From Amphiscolops sp. MND2022 (taxonomy: Eukaryota), in the NCBI GenBank assembly GCA_964187785.1, contig OZ076409.1, positions 25,856,001-25,920,000 on the forward strand: a stretch of DNA of 64,000 bases, in the 5' to 3' direction. The position numbers were made by a program, and so were the translations under genes. Shown one piece after another: positions 1-11,500 of the stretch (positions are counted from its first letter, which is position 1; the number at the start of each line of letters is the position of its first letter). Under the pieces are notes generated by a model. That model saw nothing but the letters and a program-made list of their open reading frames with translations, made no database searches and was not told the origin of the DNA.

Positions 1-707
1 TCTCTTTCTAACTTCGCGACAGTTTCTTTGATCTATTTCCCGTTTGTCTCTTTGATTTGATTTAAAGTATAGACTTTGAATAAATTCAAATTCTTCCCCA
101 ACAATCAAATTACCATTTTCACTCGAGCAGAATGGGAAACAAAAGAAACAGGAGATCTAGAAGATTGAGAACCTTATCCCCTGATGGAAACTTAAGCGAA
201 ACACAATTAGAAACTTCTACCCAAGGTAATGATACATTAACTAATATTGGATCCAACACACAAGGAACGTCATGCAACGATGAAATTAGAACTCAACTGA
301 TAGAACCTAGTCAGATAAGCAATGAGATCCAAGCATGGACGAATAATTTTGAACAAAAGAATAATGATAGAATCATGAAAATGAGAGAAGAAATGGAGAA
401 CAAACTAGAAGCTATCTTAAAGGAAATAAAGTCTAATAAAAGCGCATCTAATATTTGGCAACAAACTCAAGATCCGAAACGAATGATGTTCAAAGCATGC
501 AACCATCAGGGTCCAGGTTAGGTCAGTCTAATGGAGTACACGCATCTTTTGATGAGAATTCAGAACCGGATGGTGTAGATTATCCTCCCCAAACTTCTAA
601 AATGAGAGACCTTAGGCATCCAGCTAAACCATTGTTTCGAAGCGAATCTGATGTAGATGTAACTATACATTCAGACGAGGAGTCTGACCTGGAGGAGGAT
701 TATCACA
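1..707 (+). mobile_element. 3' part of a long LTR (3' LTR or solo LTR) of a family related to element C
   Basis: Ends in ...GAGGAGGATTATCACA (707), identical to the element C terminus at 51577 (rev-comp). No TGG PBS follows, so it is not a 5' LTR. Contains the gag N-terminus. Confidence 0.8.
132..707 (+). pseudogene. gag: LTR-embedded gag N-terminus (MGNKRNRRSRRL...EEDYH), frameshifted near 450
   Basis: ORFs 132-521 and 455-757 align colinearly with the element C LTR ORF 51518-51991 (EPSQxSNEIQAWT, NNDRIxKMREEMENKL, MRDLRHPAKP, EEDYH). Confidence 0.75.
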
Positions 708-1716
708 CAACTAATTCAAACAATTTCCAAAACCGGCTTGTCAATTATTCAAATTGATAACCTCAATTCGAACTGAATCAACAATATTCATCAAAGTTGA
801 AAAGAATCTCGCAGGAAATTTTGTATGAAGTTGATGTGCTACTACACAGGTTGTAGGTGAACCCAAAAAACGGACACACAAAATATTCAAAATCGTAATA
901 TTTGTAAACAATCTCTCACTTTTCTGTCAAACTTCAGCTATCATAACGTAACCAATTTTGAACCAAGGTTGGTTGAAAGATTCTGAAAATGTCTATAGAG
1001 AACAAATGTCAATTAATTGAGATTTTGAGAGCTCAAGAACTTTCATGCGTTGTTTTTTTCTCATGTTTTACTGTCAATCATCCGAACTGATTTTGCTATC
1101 ACAAAACCAATACCTTCAGAAAAGAAATTTCGAAGCTTCTCGACATGTCCTCCGAGTAACCATTGAATCAGTAATACTTGTCCATCTATTCTCATTTCGA
1201 AGACAAAAACTAACTTAATTTGAACAGAAGTTGCCATTTGGAAACATTGCGCGCCTGTTTGGAAAAAAGCAGCTGTAGTCATGGCTTTTTGTCAGTTTTT
1301 TCAATTCACCTGAACTAGCCAAAATAGTTCTACCAAAATGTCTTCACGTTCAGCGATGTCCCTTTTGGCCATCTACATACTCTATTTAAACTGTAAAAAG
1401 CGCTAAGGAGTCCCCTCTGACAAAAACGCTACCAATACCAGATCTAACATATTCCTGACATTACACGTTCCAGGTATAACATATACAGGATATAACGTTT
1501 CCTGGAGAACTTTTCAATGATACAAAAGTGTCCCCTTTTTCAATTTTTTGGAATTTTTTGGATTTTCAAAGTTCATACAAAATCATTTGAAGCCAAAGCC
1601 TCGTTTTTGGGTACTGTGAGACTCTTTCGAACCTTTTGGTTTGCAGTTGAGGAAAAAGTGGTTTTCGAGCCTTACGCGTATCCCTTGGGGTATTATTGGC
1701 ACTGAGAAATTGAAAT

Positions 1717-1930
1717 TGTTATATTCGGTTCATACCGACTTGACCTCTACCGTAAATTCGGATACCAGCAGTCTAGAAGATAGGAGTTGTTTACCAACAA
1801 ACTCTAAATAGACTCTCATACCATACATACATTTATACATTTGTTTTGGTCACAATACAGTGATACAAACATAGATCTATCTCTTTTAACAATTTCCTTT
1901 TCTCTTAGCCTATACCCTTAGAATAGAACA
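1717..1930 (+). repeat. 5' LTR of Mag-like element
   Basis: TGTTATATTC...AATAGAACA, direct repeat of 7369-7582. Confidence 0.95.
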
Positions 1931-1942
1931 TGGCGCAGTCAG
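1931..1942 (+). promoter_or_regulatory. Primer binding site TGGCGCAGTCAG, tRNA-Ser-like
   Basis: TGG immediately after the LTR CA; resembles TGGCGCAGTC Ser-tRNA PBSs of insect gypsy-type elements. Confidence 0.75.
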
Positions 1943-1982
1943 CCGATTTTTAAACTGTGTAAACCCTTCATAACGAAAAATA

Positions 1983-4900
1983 ATGGCTGAAAAAAATACC
2001 GTCCCAAACCTAGAAACAAAAGCCACAGACGGAAACCCAGTATTTACACCGAGACAATGGCTTGAAAGGTTCCGGCAGTTTTGTAAACGGGAACACAAAA
2101 TCGATATTACCCCATTACTGAAAGGAGAAAATATTACGGACGCAAATTGGAACGGAAAAGAACAAGCCGTACAAGAAGATTTCATATGGGGAGTGGGACC
2201 GGAAGCACTATACCAAATAACCAGGGCCGAATATAAAACGGAACCCGACAGTATAAAAGTGAAGGACCTAATCCGGTTATTCACCGAATTCTACATGCCG
2301 AAAAGAAACACTTACCACAACCGAGGCGATTTCTTTTGGGCAAAGCAAACCGAAGATGAGACACCGGAGGAATTCTGGAGACGACTAATTGAAATCGAAA
2401 AAGAGTGTAACTTTAATGCAATATCAGCCGAAGAATTGTTGATATCAAAATACATGACCGCAATCACCGATAAAAAACTACGGGTCAAAATAATGAAAGA
2501 AAAAACGCTGGAACTGAAAAAAATAATCGAACTGATAAAGCAAAATACATACGAGAAAAAGAACAAAAAGAACACAATACCGGAACCTTTGATATCAACA
2601 AAAGAAAAACACATGATAAAGGAAGAACCAATACAAAGAATGGAACGATTCGGTACCAGACCGAAAAATAAAAACTACGGAAACCGTACATGCAGATTTT
2701 GCAATGCCCCAAATTGGACACCGATGCACAAATGTCCCGCATTAGAAGCGAACTGCAACAAATGCGGAAAGAAGGGACATTACGCAAAAGCATGCAGACA
2801 GAAACTCAATAACAACCGAACAGTGAAAAGACTAACCGAAGAAGAAACGAACGAACCGGACGAATCAACAGGCGAATCAGACGAGAGCATACACCACATA
2901 AAGGTAATCAAAAAGATAAACGAGATGAACAAACACTTTACAGCGGTAGTACGAGTTAACGGGGTAAAGAAAGAATTCATAATTGACACCGGATCACCCA
3001 TTTCAATTATGCCACCCGACGAAAGAATTATAAAATCAACCGAAATTCAGAAAATAACCAACCGATACCAAGATGTGAACAAAAACAAAGTAAAATTCCG
3101 GGGGAAAATTCCGGTAAACATCGAACATGAAAATAATAACCAAAAAATGGAAATCCTAATAACCGAGAGAACAGACATAACACCATTACTCGGTATGGAC
3201 TGGATGAAGAAATTCAAACGGACAATCAGAAGAATACAATTAGCCGAGAACAGCCAATCAGAACGCGAGAATATATATAACAAACTTCCGGATCTATTTG
3301 AGAACAATGACACAATCAAAGATACCGAAATAAATATCCAATTAAAACCTGGACACTACCCGGTAAAACAAAAAGCCAGGCCGATACCACTACATCTACA
3401 GGAAGATGTAGGACGGGAATTGGAAAAACTAATAAAATCCGGACATTTGGAAAAAGTGAAAGATGTAGACGAAGATTGCTTCGTATCACTGGTAGTAATA
3501 ACCGTGAAGAACGATAAATCGGTGAAAATAACTTTGGATTCACGCAAACTAAATGACAGCTGTATTAAAATGAGACCGCACATGCCGAATATGGAAGAAC
3601 TGTTAAATCAAATTTCGGTAGAAATAACACGCGACCGAACACTACAACTATTCATGTCAAAGATCGACTTGGATTATGCGTATGGCCAAATGAAACTATC
3701 CGAAGAAACAAGCAGTTAATGCGTATTCGCATTAACCGGAGGAAAATTCAGTGGATACTACCGGTTTAAAAAAGGTTTCTACGGCCTGGCCGATATACCC
3801 ACAATATTTCAAGAGAAAATTGACCGTACACTCGGATACTGTACACCGGCTTGGCTAGACGATATTATCGTGGTAACCCGAGGAAATAAACAAGACCACG
3901 AGAAAAAATTATTCGAAATACTGAATAAACTAGAAAAAGCCGGGTACCGAGCAAGTAAAAAGAAATCCGAATTCTTCATGAACCGCACAAAATGGCTGGG
4001 ACACGAGAGTGATGAAAACGGAATTCAACCGAATGAAGAAAAAGTGGAAGCAATATTGAAATTAAAACCACCGGAAAATACAAAAGAACTAAAATCATTT
4101 CTCGGAGCAATACAATACAAGGCAAAATATCTACCAAAACTGTCGGAACGGACCAATAGATTGAGAAAATTACTCAAAAAGAATGAACAATGGAAATGGG
4201 GACCGGAAGAAGAAACGGATTTTAACCGAATAAAACAAATGCTTACCGAAGGCCCATGCTTGGCACACTACGCAAAAGAAAAAGACAATATAGTGACAAC
4301 CGACGCCAGCACAACCGGGCTGGGAATAACACTCTGGCAAAAACAAGATGACGGAAATACAAAACCGATAGCGTACGGAAGTAGATATTTGAATGAAACC
4401 GAAAAGAAATACTCAATCGGCGAATTGGAATTAATGGCGGTAGTGTGGGGATTAGAGAAATTCCGATTTTATCTATACGGAAAGAAAGTTCACCTATACA
4501 CCGACCACCAAGCATTGGAACCACTCATAAAAAGAAACCGAAGTAATAAACATTACAGCGCGAGATTGACAAGGTGGTTAGACCGCCTAACGCACTTTGA
4601 TATATCAATACAACATATTGCTGGCAGTAATTTGAAATTTACCGATTATCTCAGCAGAAATCCGGTAGGGGGAGCTATACCGGAAGAAAATTACGATGAG
4701 GAATGTGTAATTAATATATTGACCGAACAAGCCGAATTGAATTTGAAATACAAACAACTATTCGCCAACCAATCAGAAAGCAGTAAAACCAAAGTTGAAA
4801 CTGAAAATGGTACATCCGAAGAACAACATGCGATAATCGACAACCAATCACATTCGAATAGAACATTCGAGAAGGATTACGGCGTGAACAAAATTCAACA

Positions 4901-7205
4901 AAACGAAAATATTACATCCGGGCAGTCCGATATTAGCACGCAAAGCTCAAGTTGCCTACCGAGAGAAAACTTAAAATTTGTTCAAAACAAAATTAAATCA
5001 AACTTACATACGGAAATTACCGAAATGGACCGAGACAATTTCCATCACTGGGGCGCTACACGTGAGATCATGGATATAATACGGAGACGAAACAACAGCC
5101 CCGAGACAAGTAGACTAGTGGAGCAAAGAAACACACTATCAAGAGCTGGGACCCTACGACGCAGATATGACCACCAAACCCAACGGACAATATTTGTCCC
5201 AACTGGCCCGAACAAGAGAAGCAGAGAAGAAATAGCCGAAATCGATGCACAGCTATTACAGCGAGCCAATCGATTGGGAGGTGGATATCAACCGATAAAC
5301 CTCGAAGAAGAAGAAACCGAGGAAATGCGGGAAGACGGAGAAATAGAGACGGCCGAAACCGAAGAGGACAGCGTAATAATGCGAGGCGACAACTTACCGA
5401 TCGTAGACCTCAGCAAGTATAACACAGACGGGAAAGAAGCAAAATACATTCAAATCAACCATATTGTCGGCAAACTCACCGCAAACAAGAAAGTAACTGA
5501 AGACCACATAAAGAAAGCCGAGTTCGACTTCATGATGGACCTAAAAACGATGATAGCGAAGACCGCCATAGATTCGGAACTGACCCGAGTCAGAACCAGC
5601 ATGCGGAGAGAAGACCGCGAAATAATTCCGGACGGATATCGGACAGTTTTCGACAAGCTATCAATTAGATGGGGCCTTGTCTTTGTCGACGACCAAATAG
5701 TAATCCCAATTGACCTCAGACGCCGCCTATTGGAGATACTACATTTTGGCCACTCCGGAATAACGAAGATGATGTCCGAAGCAAAGATATTCTGGTGGCC
5801 GAACATGAAGAAGGACATTGAAAATAAAGTACAAGACTGTACAGCATGCCTCGCATCAGGTAAAAACCTTAAATATCAATTACCAAAAAAACATTACGGA
5901 AAACTAGAAAAATTATCCGAACCGGGACAAGAAATTCAAATCGATTTTACCGGAAAATTACATAATAAACATTTACACGGTGAAACACAGATACTGATCG
6001 CGGTTGACAGATTCAGCAAATGGCCGACCGTAAAAATCTGTAAATCAGCGGAAACGAAAGAAGTGATAAACTTCCTAACAAGTAACTTTAATCTATACGG
6101 AATACCGGAGAAAATAAAATCAGACAAAGGCGGAGCATTCATATCGAAAGAATACCGAGAATTTTGCAAAAACCGAAACATTGAAATTGAATACTGTACA
6201 CCCCGAATGCATACGGGAAACGGAGCAGTAGAAAGAGCAATACAAACACTAAAAAATCTAATAATAGCAAACCTGGAAGACGGAATAGGTATAACCGAAA
6301 GCGTAAATAGAGCGTTACGGGTTATGCGATTTACAATACATACCGGTCTGAAAATAACACCGTTTGAACTACATCACGGTAGAAAACCGAGAACCGAACT
6401 AACAAACATTGTTAAAGACGGAAAAACATACCTATCTAACTGGTCGGAAATGCCTATTTCAGCACCAACCAAACCCAAAATACCTATCTATGTGGGCCGC
6501 GATGCGGATGGAGAGATTACCAATCACATGGTAATGGCGAAGACAAAAGTGGAGGAAAAACAACTCACCGAAAACCAAAAATCTCCAAAGAAGAAAAATT
6601 CGGTGAGATATCCATTCAAATTTGTTGAAAAAAATTACAACAAAAAATCATTGGAAGGGAGATTCCAAAATAAAATACAAACCGCAGTCAGCGGAACCGA
6701 AAGTACCATAAAAACAGATACCGGAAAAATAATAAACCGGAAATTCATTTCGGGACCATTGTTTCAGACCGAAAGAAAAGCCAGAAAAGAACCGGCAATC
6801 AACACAAGCGGAGAGATAAACCCCAAAAACAGACACTGCTTGAGGGGCTTGAACGGCAAATATGGCCAATGGGACGAGATCCTACGGGATATCCAGAATG
6901 GCAAATTAAAAATCGTACAAAATCCGAAACAACCGGAAAGTGAGACCGAAGACGAAGATGACGACGACGAAGAGATGCCGGAAGAAACAGGAACGCCAAT
7001 AAAGGTATATGACACTTCCGAACGCAACGGAAGCTACGAACCGATCCGAACCAATCCGGAAGAAGACGCCCTACAAATCTACACCGATGGAGAAACGACG
7101 GGTGAGAATTTAGAAAACCAAAACCAAATAAGAAGATCAAATCGAAATAGTAAAAAACCGAATAGATACGGTAGCATACCTTATACCGGGAATTTTTGGG
7201 GTTAG
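1983..7205 (+). pseudogene. gag-pol: gag-pol polyprotein with one in-frame TAA at 3717-3719 inside RT
   Basis: ORFs 1983-3719 and 3870-7205 are in the same frame. Motifs: IDTGS protease, WLDD RT (3852-3863), TDAS/ELEL/TDH RNase H, H-H-C-C and D,D,E integrase. Confidence 0.9.
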
Positions 7206-7349
7206 AACAACCGGGTGTAATAAATTATATGTATATTACAGGAAACTTGTGGAACAGGCACAAAGGAACACCTCTACCCGAGAAGGTCCAAAAGACATCC
7301 GATTTCTTTCCCGAAGAGAATACACCCCCAGGACCATCAAGCCAGGACT

Positions 7350-7368
7350 GAGAAGAGAGAGGGGGAAA
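7350..7368 (+). promoter_or_regulatory. Polypurine tract
   Basis: GAGAAGAGAGAGGGGGAAA directly before the 3' LTR TG. Confidence 0.9.
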
Positions 7369-7582
7369 TGTTATATTCGGTTCATACCGACTTGACCTCT
7401 ACCGTAAATTCGGATACCAGCAGTCTAGAAGATAGGAGTTGTTTACCAACAAACTCTAAATAGACTCTCATACCATACATACATTTATACATTTGTTTTG
7501 GTTACAATACAGTGATACAAACATAGATCTATCTCTTTTAACAATTTCCTTTTCTCTTAGCCTATACCCTTAGAATAGAACA
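7369..7582 (+). repeat. 3' LTR of Mag-like element
   Basis: Direct repeat of 1717-1930. Confidence 0.95.
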
Positions 7583-8586
7583 GATATAAATTCAGCAATA
7601 GTGTCCTTTGCATTTTTAAGGAATTTGGTTTTTGAAACTTGAGCGGGGCGCCGACTTGGGCCGGTCCCCGCTTGTTCTAATTTCTATTTTCTGAAACTGT
7701 TTTAACCTTATGGAATGAAAGTAACCCACATTAAGAAAGTCATGTTGTTCGATAACATGCCAAAATTGACATTACATTTTTAATTGACCAGCTAAATCTA
7801 TGTCTTTTGTTGTGTAAATTATGCACAGATTTTATCGTATTTGCGGCTAAAAAGTGAATAGGTTTGCAAACAGGCTGGAACTCAATTTAAAAGTAAGGTC
7901 CCGATCAAAACTCATGTTTTTGTCTCCAATTAATAGTCCCGTGGACGATTTTATGAATCGAAAACAGTGATAATATATGTTCTGCGATTCATATCAATGC
8001 CGGTAGAATGTAAAACCCTAGATTCGTGGAATACTGGTGGTGTTTTTTAAGGATATATTGAAGTTAATTAGATAGTTAGATACTTGATTCATTCGATATG
8101 TTTCCCTTTCTAACCAAGTCTATCTGAATTTTGAGAAGAACTCAAGTTTTGACAACTTGCAGAAACAATTCCTTCAACAGTTTCACTGATCAAAATTGTT
8201 TCTTGACTACAAAACATTGTTCTTAACTCTGACGTCCGTTTATCAAAACAAGTTCGAGTTTTAAAGTCATTTCGTATTCCTTCTTAGGCGATCCAAGGAG
8301 AAAATGAAGTTGTAAAATATCAGGATCACCAGATTTTACCAGTGTGGAAATTTGGGCTTAAATTTTCTGAAACGGACTGATATGTAATCTATAAAAGAGC
8401 AGTTCCATCGTAAATTCTAGTATTTAAGACTATAGAAGAGAGAAGGTATCTTCAAAGTTTACGAAAAATATATTAGTGTACTGTTAGTGTACATTGCTAT
8501 TAATAATGAAAAATGTACCATACATTTTCCACGAAAAAGTAGGTTCAAATTCATTTTTGAGCGTTTCATGCATTCTGGACTTTCAG

Positions 8587-11500
8587 GCGTGACACTAGTG
8601 ACAGTAATTCAACCGGGAAGCGATCAGGATTCAAGAAAATCTATGCGGACTTTACAGCAAAGGTACCCACGACTCGAGCAGACAAATATGTTGACCCCAA
8701 GAGATTTGATACTGGATAAATTTCGCAACATTTTCCCAGAAAACATTTTCAGTGTTAGAAAAATTGTGATCACTTCATTAAAAAACTCGATTTTTCACGT
8801 GTTGTCTTGGTTTTCTTTTTTCAGGCACTTCACAAATCTTCAAAGACCATTTACTTCAACCAAACTATACTGAAACAACTTTCGAATGATGGTCAAAGTA
8901 TTTCCACATTTCAACTACCTCCTGTACAAATCGGGAGCGGAAACATTTTCGGATTTCGTGAGCGAGACGATGTCAATAAAAACCTCCAATTCATTCAAAC
9001 TGTTCAACTGGAACGGAAAGTTATTTTGGTAGACGGACCCAATTTATTAGGTTTTGGCCTCTTTATTTGCATACTGGGTTTAACTCTTTCGTTTTCCGAA
9101 GGAGACAAAAGCACCATCTCAGTGGTAAAAGTTGCGTCAGAACTTGACATTGCCTTTCAGAAAATAACGCGTCTGATTTTCTGTTACTCGCCAATTGGAC
9201 TCGGTTTCGTTGTTTGTGGCACTATCATGCAGGTTGAAAACATTAATGACAGTATGATGGCTATGAAAAAGTACCTAATTTGTGTTTCGCTCGCGTTTTC
9301 AATACATACAATGTTGATATTCGTTATTTATATCGTGGCAACGAGGAAGAATCCGGTTCATGTCTTTACGGCTGTTGCCGAAGTCTGGTTATCAGCTTTG
9401 ATCGTTTCTCCCAGGTCAGTATTTCATTTTTTTGAGAAAAATTATTCAAATGGTGAAATTTCTGAGGGCAAACAGGCAAACATAGAACTGTTTCAAATAT
9501 TGTGTGAAATCAGAACAGCTAAATTGTTTTCGAGAATAAAATTAGCATGGTTATCTGATCATCTTAGATCATCTTGGATGCTTTCCAATATGCAAAATCG
9601 AGACAATTTAAAAGAGTCAAATGAAAACATCTGCTAAAGTACGAAATATTTTCAGCCCTGAACTATATCACCAACAAACATTAGAAAACATTCAAAATTT
9701 GAGCAAAGTTCAAAATTATAAATTTTCTTTTCTGAACTGTTCTTAGTTTTTGAAAAAGTTCAAATATTTTCAATGTTGCAATCCTCATGTCTTATTGAAG
9801 GATTCTGTGAACGGTGTGTGACATACCAAGGTCACACCATTACAGAAACGAGCAACTAACAGAGAGCTAATTAGATTACTCCATTTATGTTATGTATTTA
9901 TTGAGATACTTAGTGAGGTTTGCGACACTAAAACCATTGTTGTTAAAAAGTTGAAATACAGTTAAAGATTTCATAATACATCAACTGTTTTAAATATAGA
10001 TCTCAGCGTTCTCAACACGGCATTCTATCTTTTCGGAAAAAATGCAGTAATCACTAAAATCTTCTTGGAAGACCAGGCTGAGTGATTAGTTTAATTTTCG
10101 CTCTCATGCATGAATTATAGTCTATGTCAAATGTTCCAGGAGTTCAGTGGTACCAGTCACAATGAAATGCATGCAAGACAAACTTGATACCAACAGAAAA
10201 ATATCTGCCCCTGTCCTTTCATTCGGAGCTATTCTCAACGTTGACGGCGCTGTTCTGTACGAAGTGATCACAGCAATGTTCATCTGCCAAATCAACCAAA
10301 AAGCATTAGGTAAGTTATCATGTTTAGAGCTTCATTTAGAAAAGCGAAGTGCCACTGCCATACTTCGCTTTTTTGAGACAAAAATTTAATAGTTGAACGG
10401 CTGGAAAGATGAGTATTCGTAAAAAGTGAAACTATTGTGTAATACGTAAGCATTGGACATGCAAAAAATAATACACTGCCATTGTAATACACTCACTCTT
10501 CCAAAAAAAATTGAGGCATTATCTCATAGCGCTTCCAATGGCAATGATAGCTGCAATGACTTCCGTCTTCTTTAGGTAAAATGTAGCATCAGTTTTTTTA
10601 CTATTCAAAATTTATTCAGATTGCTGGCCTATCGAAGATGGGCGGTGCAAAAGAACCGACAGGACTTGAATTTTTTTTAAAAAAAATCAACAGAGACACT
10701 TTGTGCTGTTAAATTCATGTCAAGAACTTTTGCATCAAAAACAGTTTTTCAATGAGACACATTCACTCCTAACATCGCTGGCCATTAGAGGTTACTGAAA
10801 AACTGAGGCAGTTGTTTACCAACAAACCAACTCATAAAAACTGTTGTTAGCTTTATTCCTTCATACACTTTAGTTGAAATATGTATGTTGATGGAGAATA
10901 GAATATTTATAGCTTGTTTACAGATTGTTTTTATGTAATACTAGGTGAATAAAAAAACGGAACGCACAAAAATTTTGTCTTTCAAAATATTTGTAAACAA
11001 AGCTCAGCAACTTGTCCAGACACTGTTTCAAATCGGAGCTGTCATCGCGTAATCAATACTTCAACATAGATTATTTGAGCCCTCAGTGAGATTCTAGACA
11101 TCTTTACCAGTCACTTTCTTTGCACTTCTGATGTTTGAAAGTTGTTTGACACTCGAATGTGTGAAAGCAATGTTATCAAATTGAATGATTGACAAGCTCA
11201 ATTTCAGCATTGAAAGTTGCTGTGAAATGTTTGTTAATAACTATTTGAGGGAGGTGGGAATTTCGTCGCAATAAGTTTCGTCGTCAAAAATTTCGCCGTA
11301 GGAAATTTCGTCGTATTAGCGAATCCAGAAATTTCGTCGTCGGAAATTTCGTCGCATTGATTGAAGTTACCAGCGTTCACGAAAAGATATCATTTGAATT
11401 ATTCAATTATTAAGATTCAATCAACTCATCAAGACGCTTAATGGGCAACGGTATACTTTCAGTCCTACCGGTGGAACTACTTACCGGTGTGCGCTCAGTT

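Larger units (their letters stand above)
1717..7582 (+). mobile_element. Full-length Ty3/gypsy LTR retrotransposon, Mag-like
   Basis: 214-bp TG...CA LTRs with 1 mismatch seen, PBS, PPT, single gag-pol frame in PR-RT-RH-IN order. Flanks GAAAT/GATAT (5-bp TSD with one mismatch). Gag has the Mag-type double Cys/His motif CRFC..HKCPA..CNKCGKKGHYAKAC. Confidence 0.95.

Noticed and set aside
1061..1282. Next TRPN exon or another host exon
   Set aside because: The translation does not fit an ankyrin repeat; no support.
1910..7140. Many short antisense ORFs over gag-pol regions, here and in A, B and C
   Set aside because: Shadow ORFs opposite long coding frames, with no recognisable motifs or independent conservation.
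9806..10017. Possible short solo LTR (TG...CA) in an SLC1 intron
   Set aside because: No convincing TSD and no second copy in the window.
10810..10827. 18-nt match AGTTGTTTACCAACAAAC to the Mag-like LTR
   Set aside because: Similarity does not clearly extend and no LTR termini could be defined.
11258..11355. CRISPR-like array
   Set aside because: Eukaryotic context, short degenerate units without unique spacers, and an inverted partner array; this fits a foldback-type TIR.
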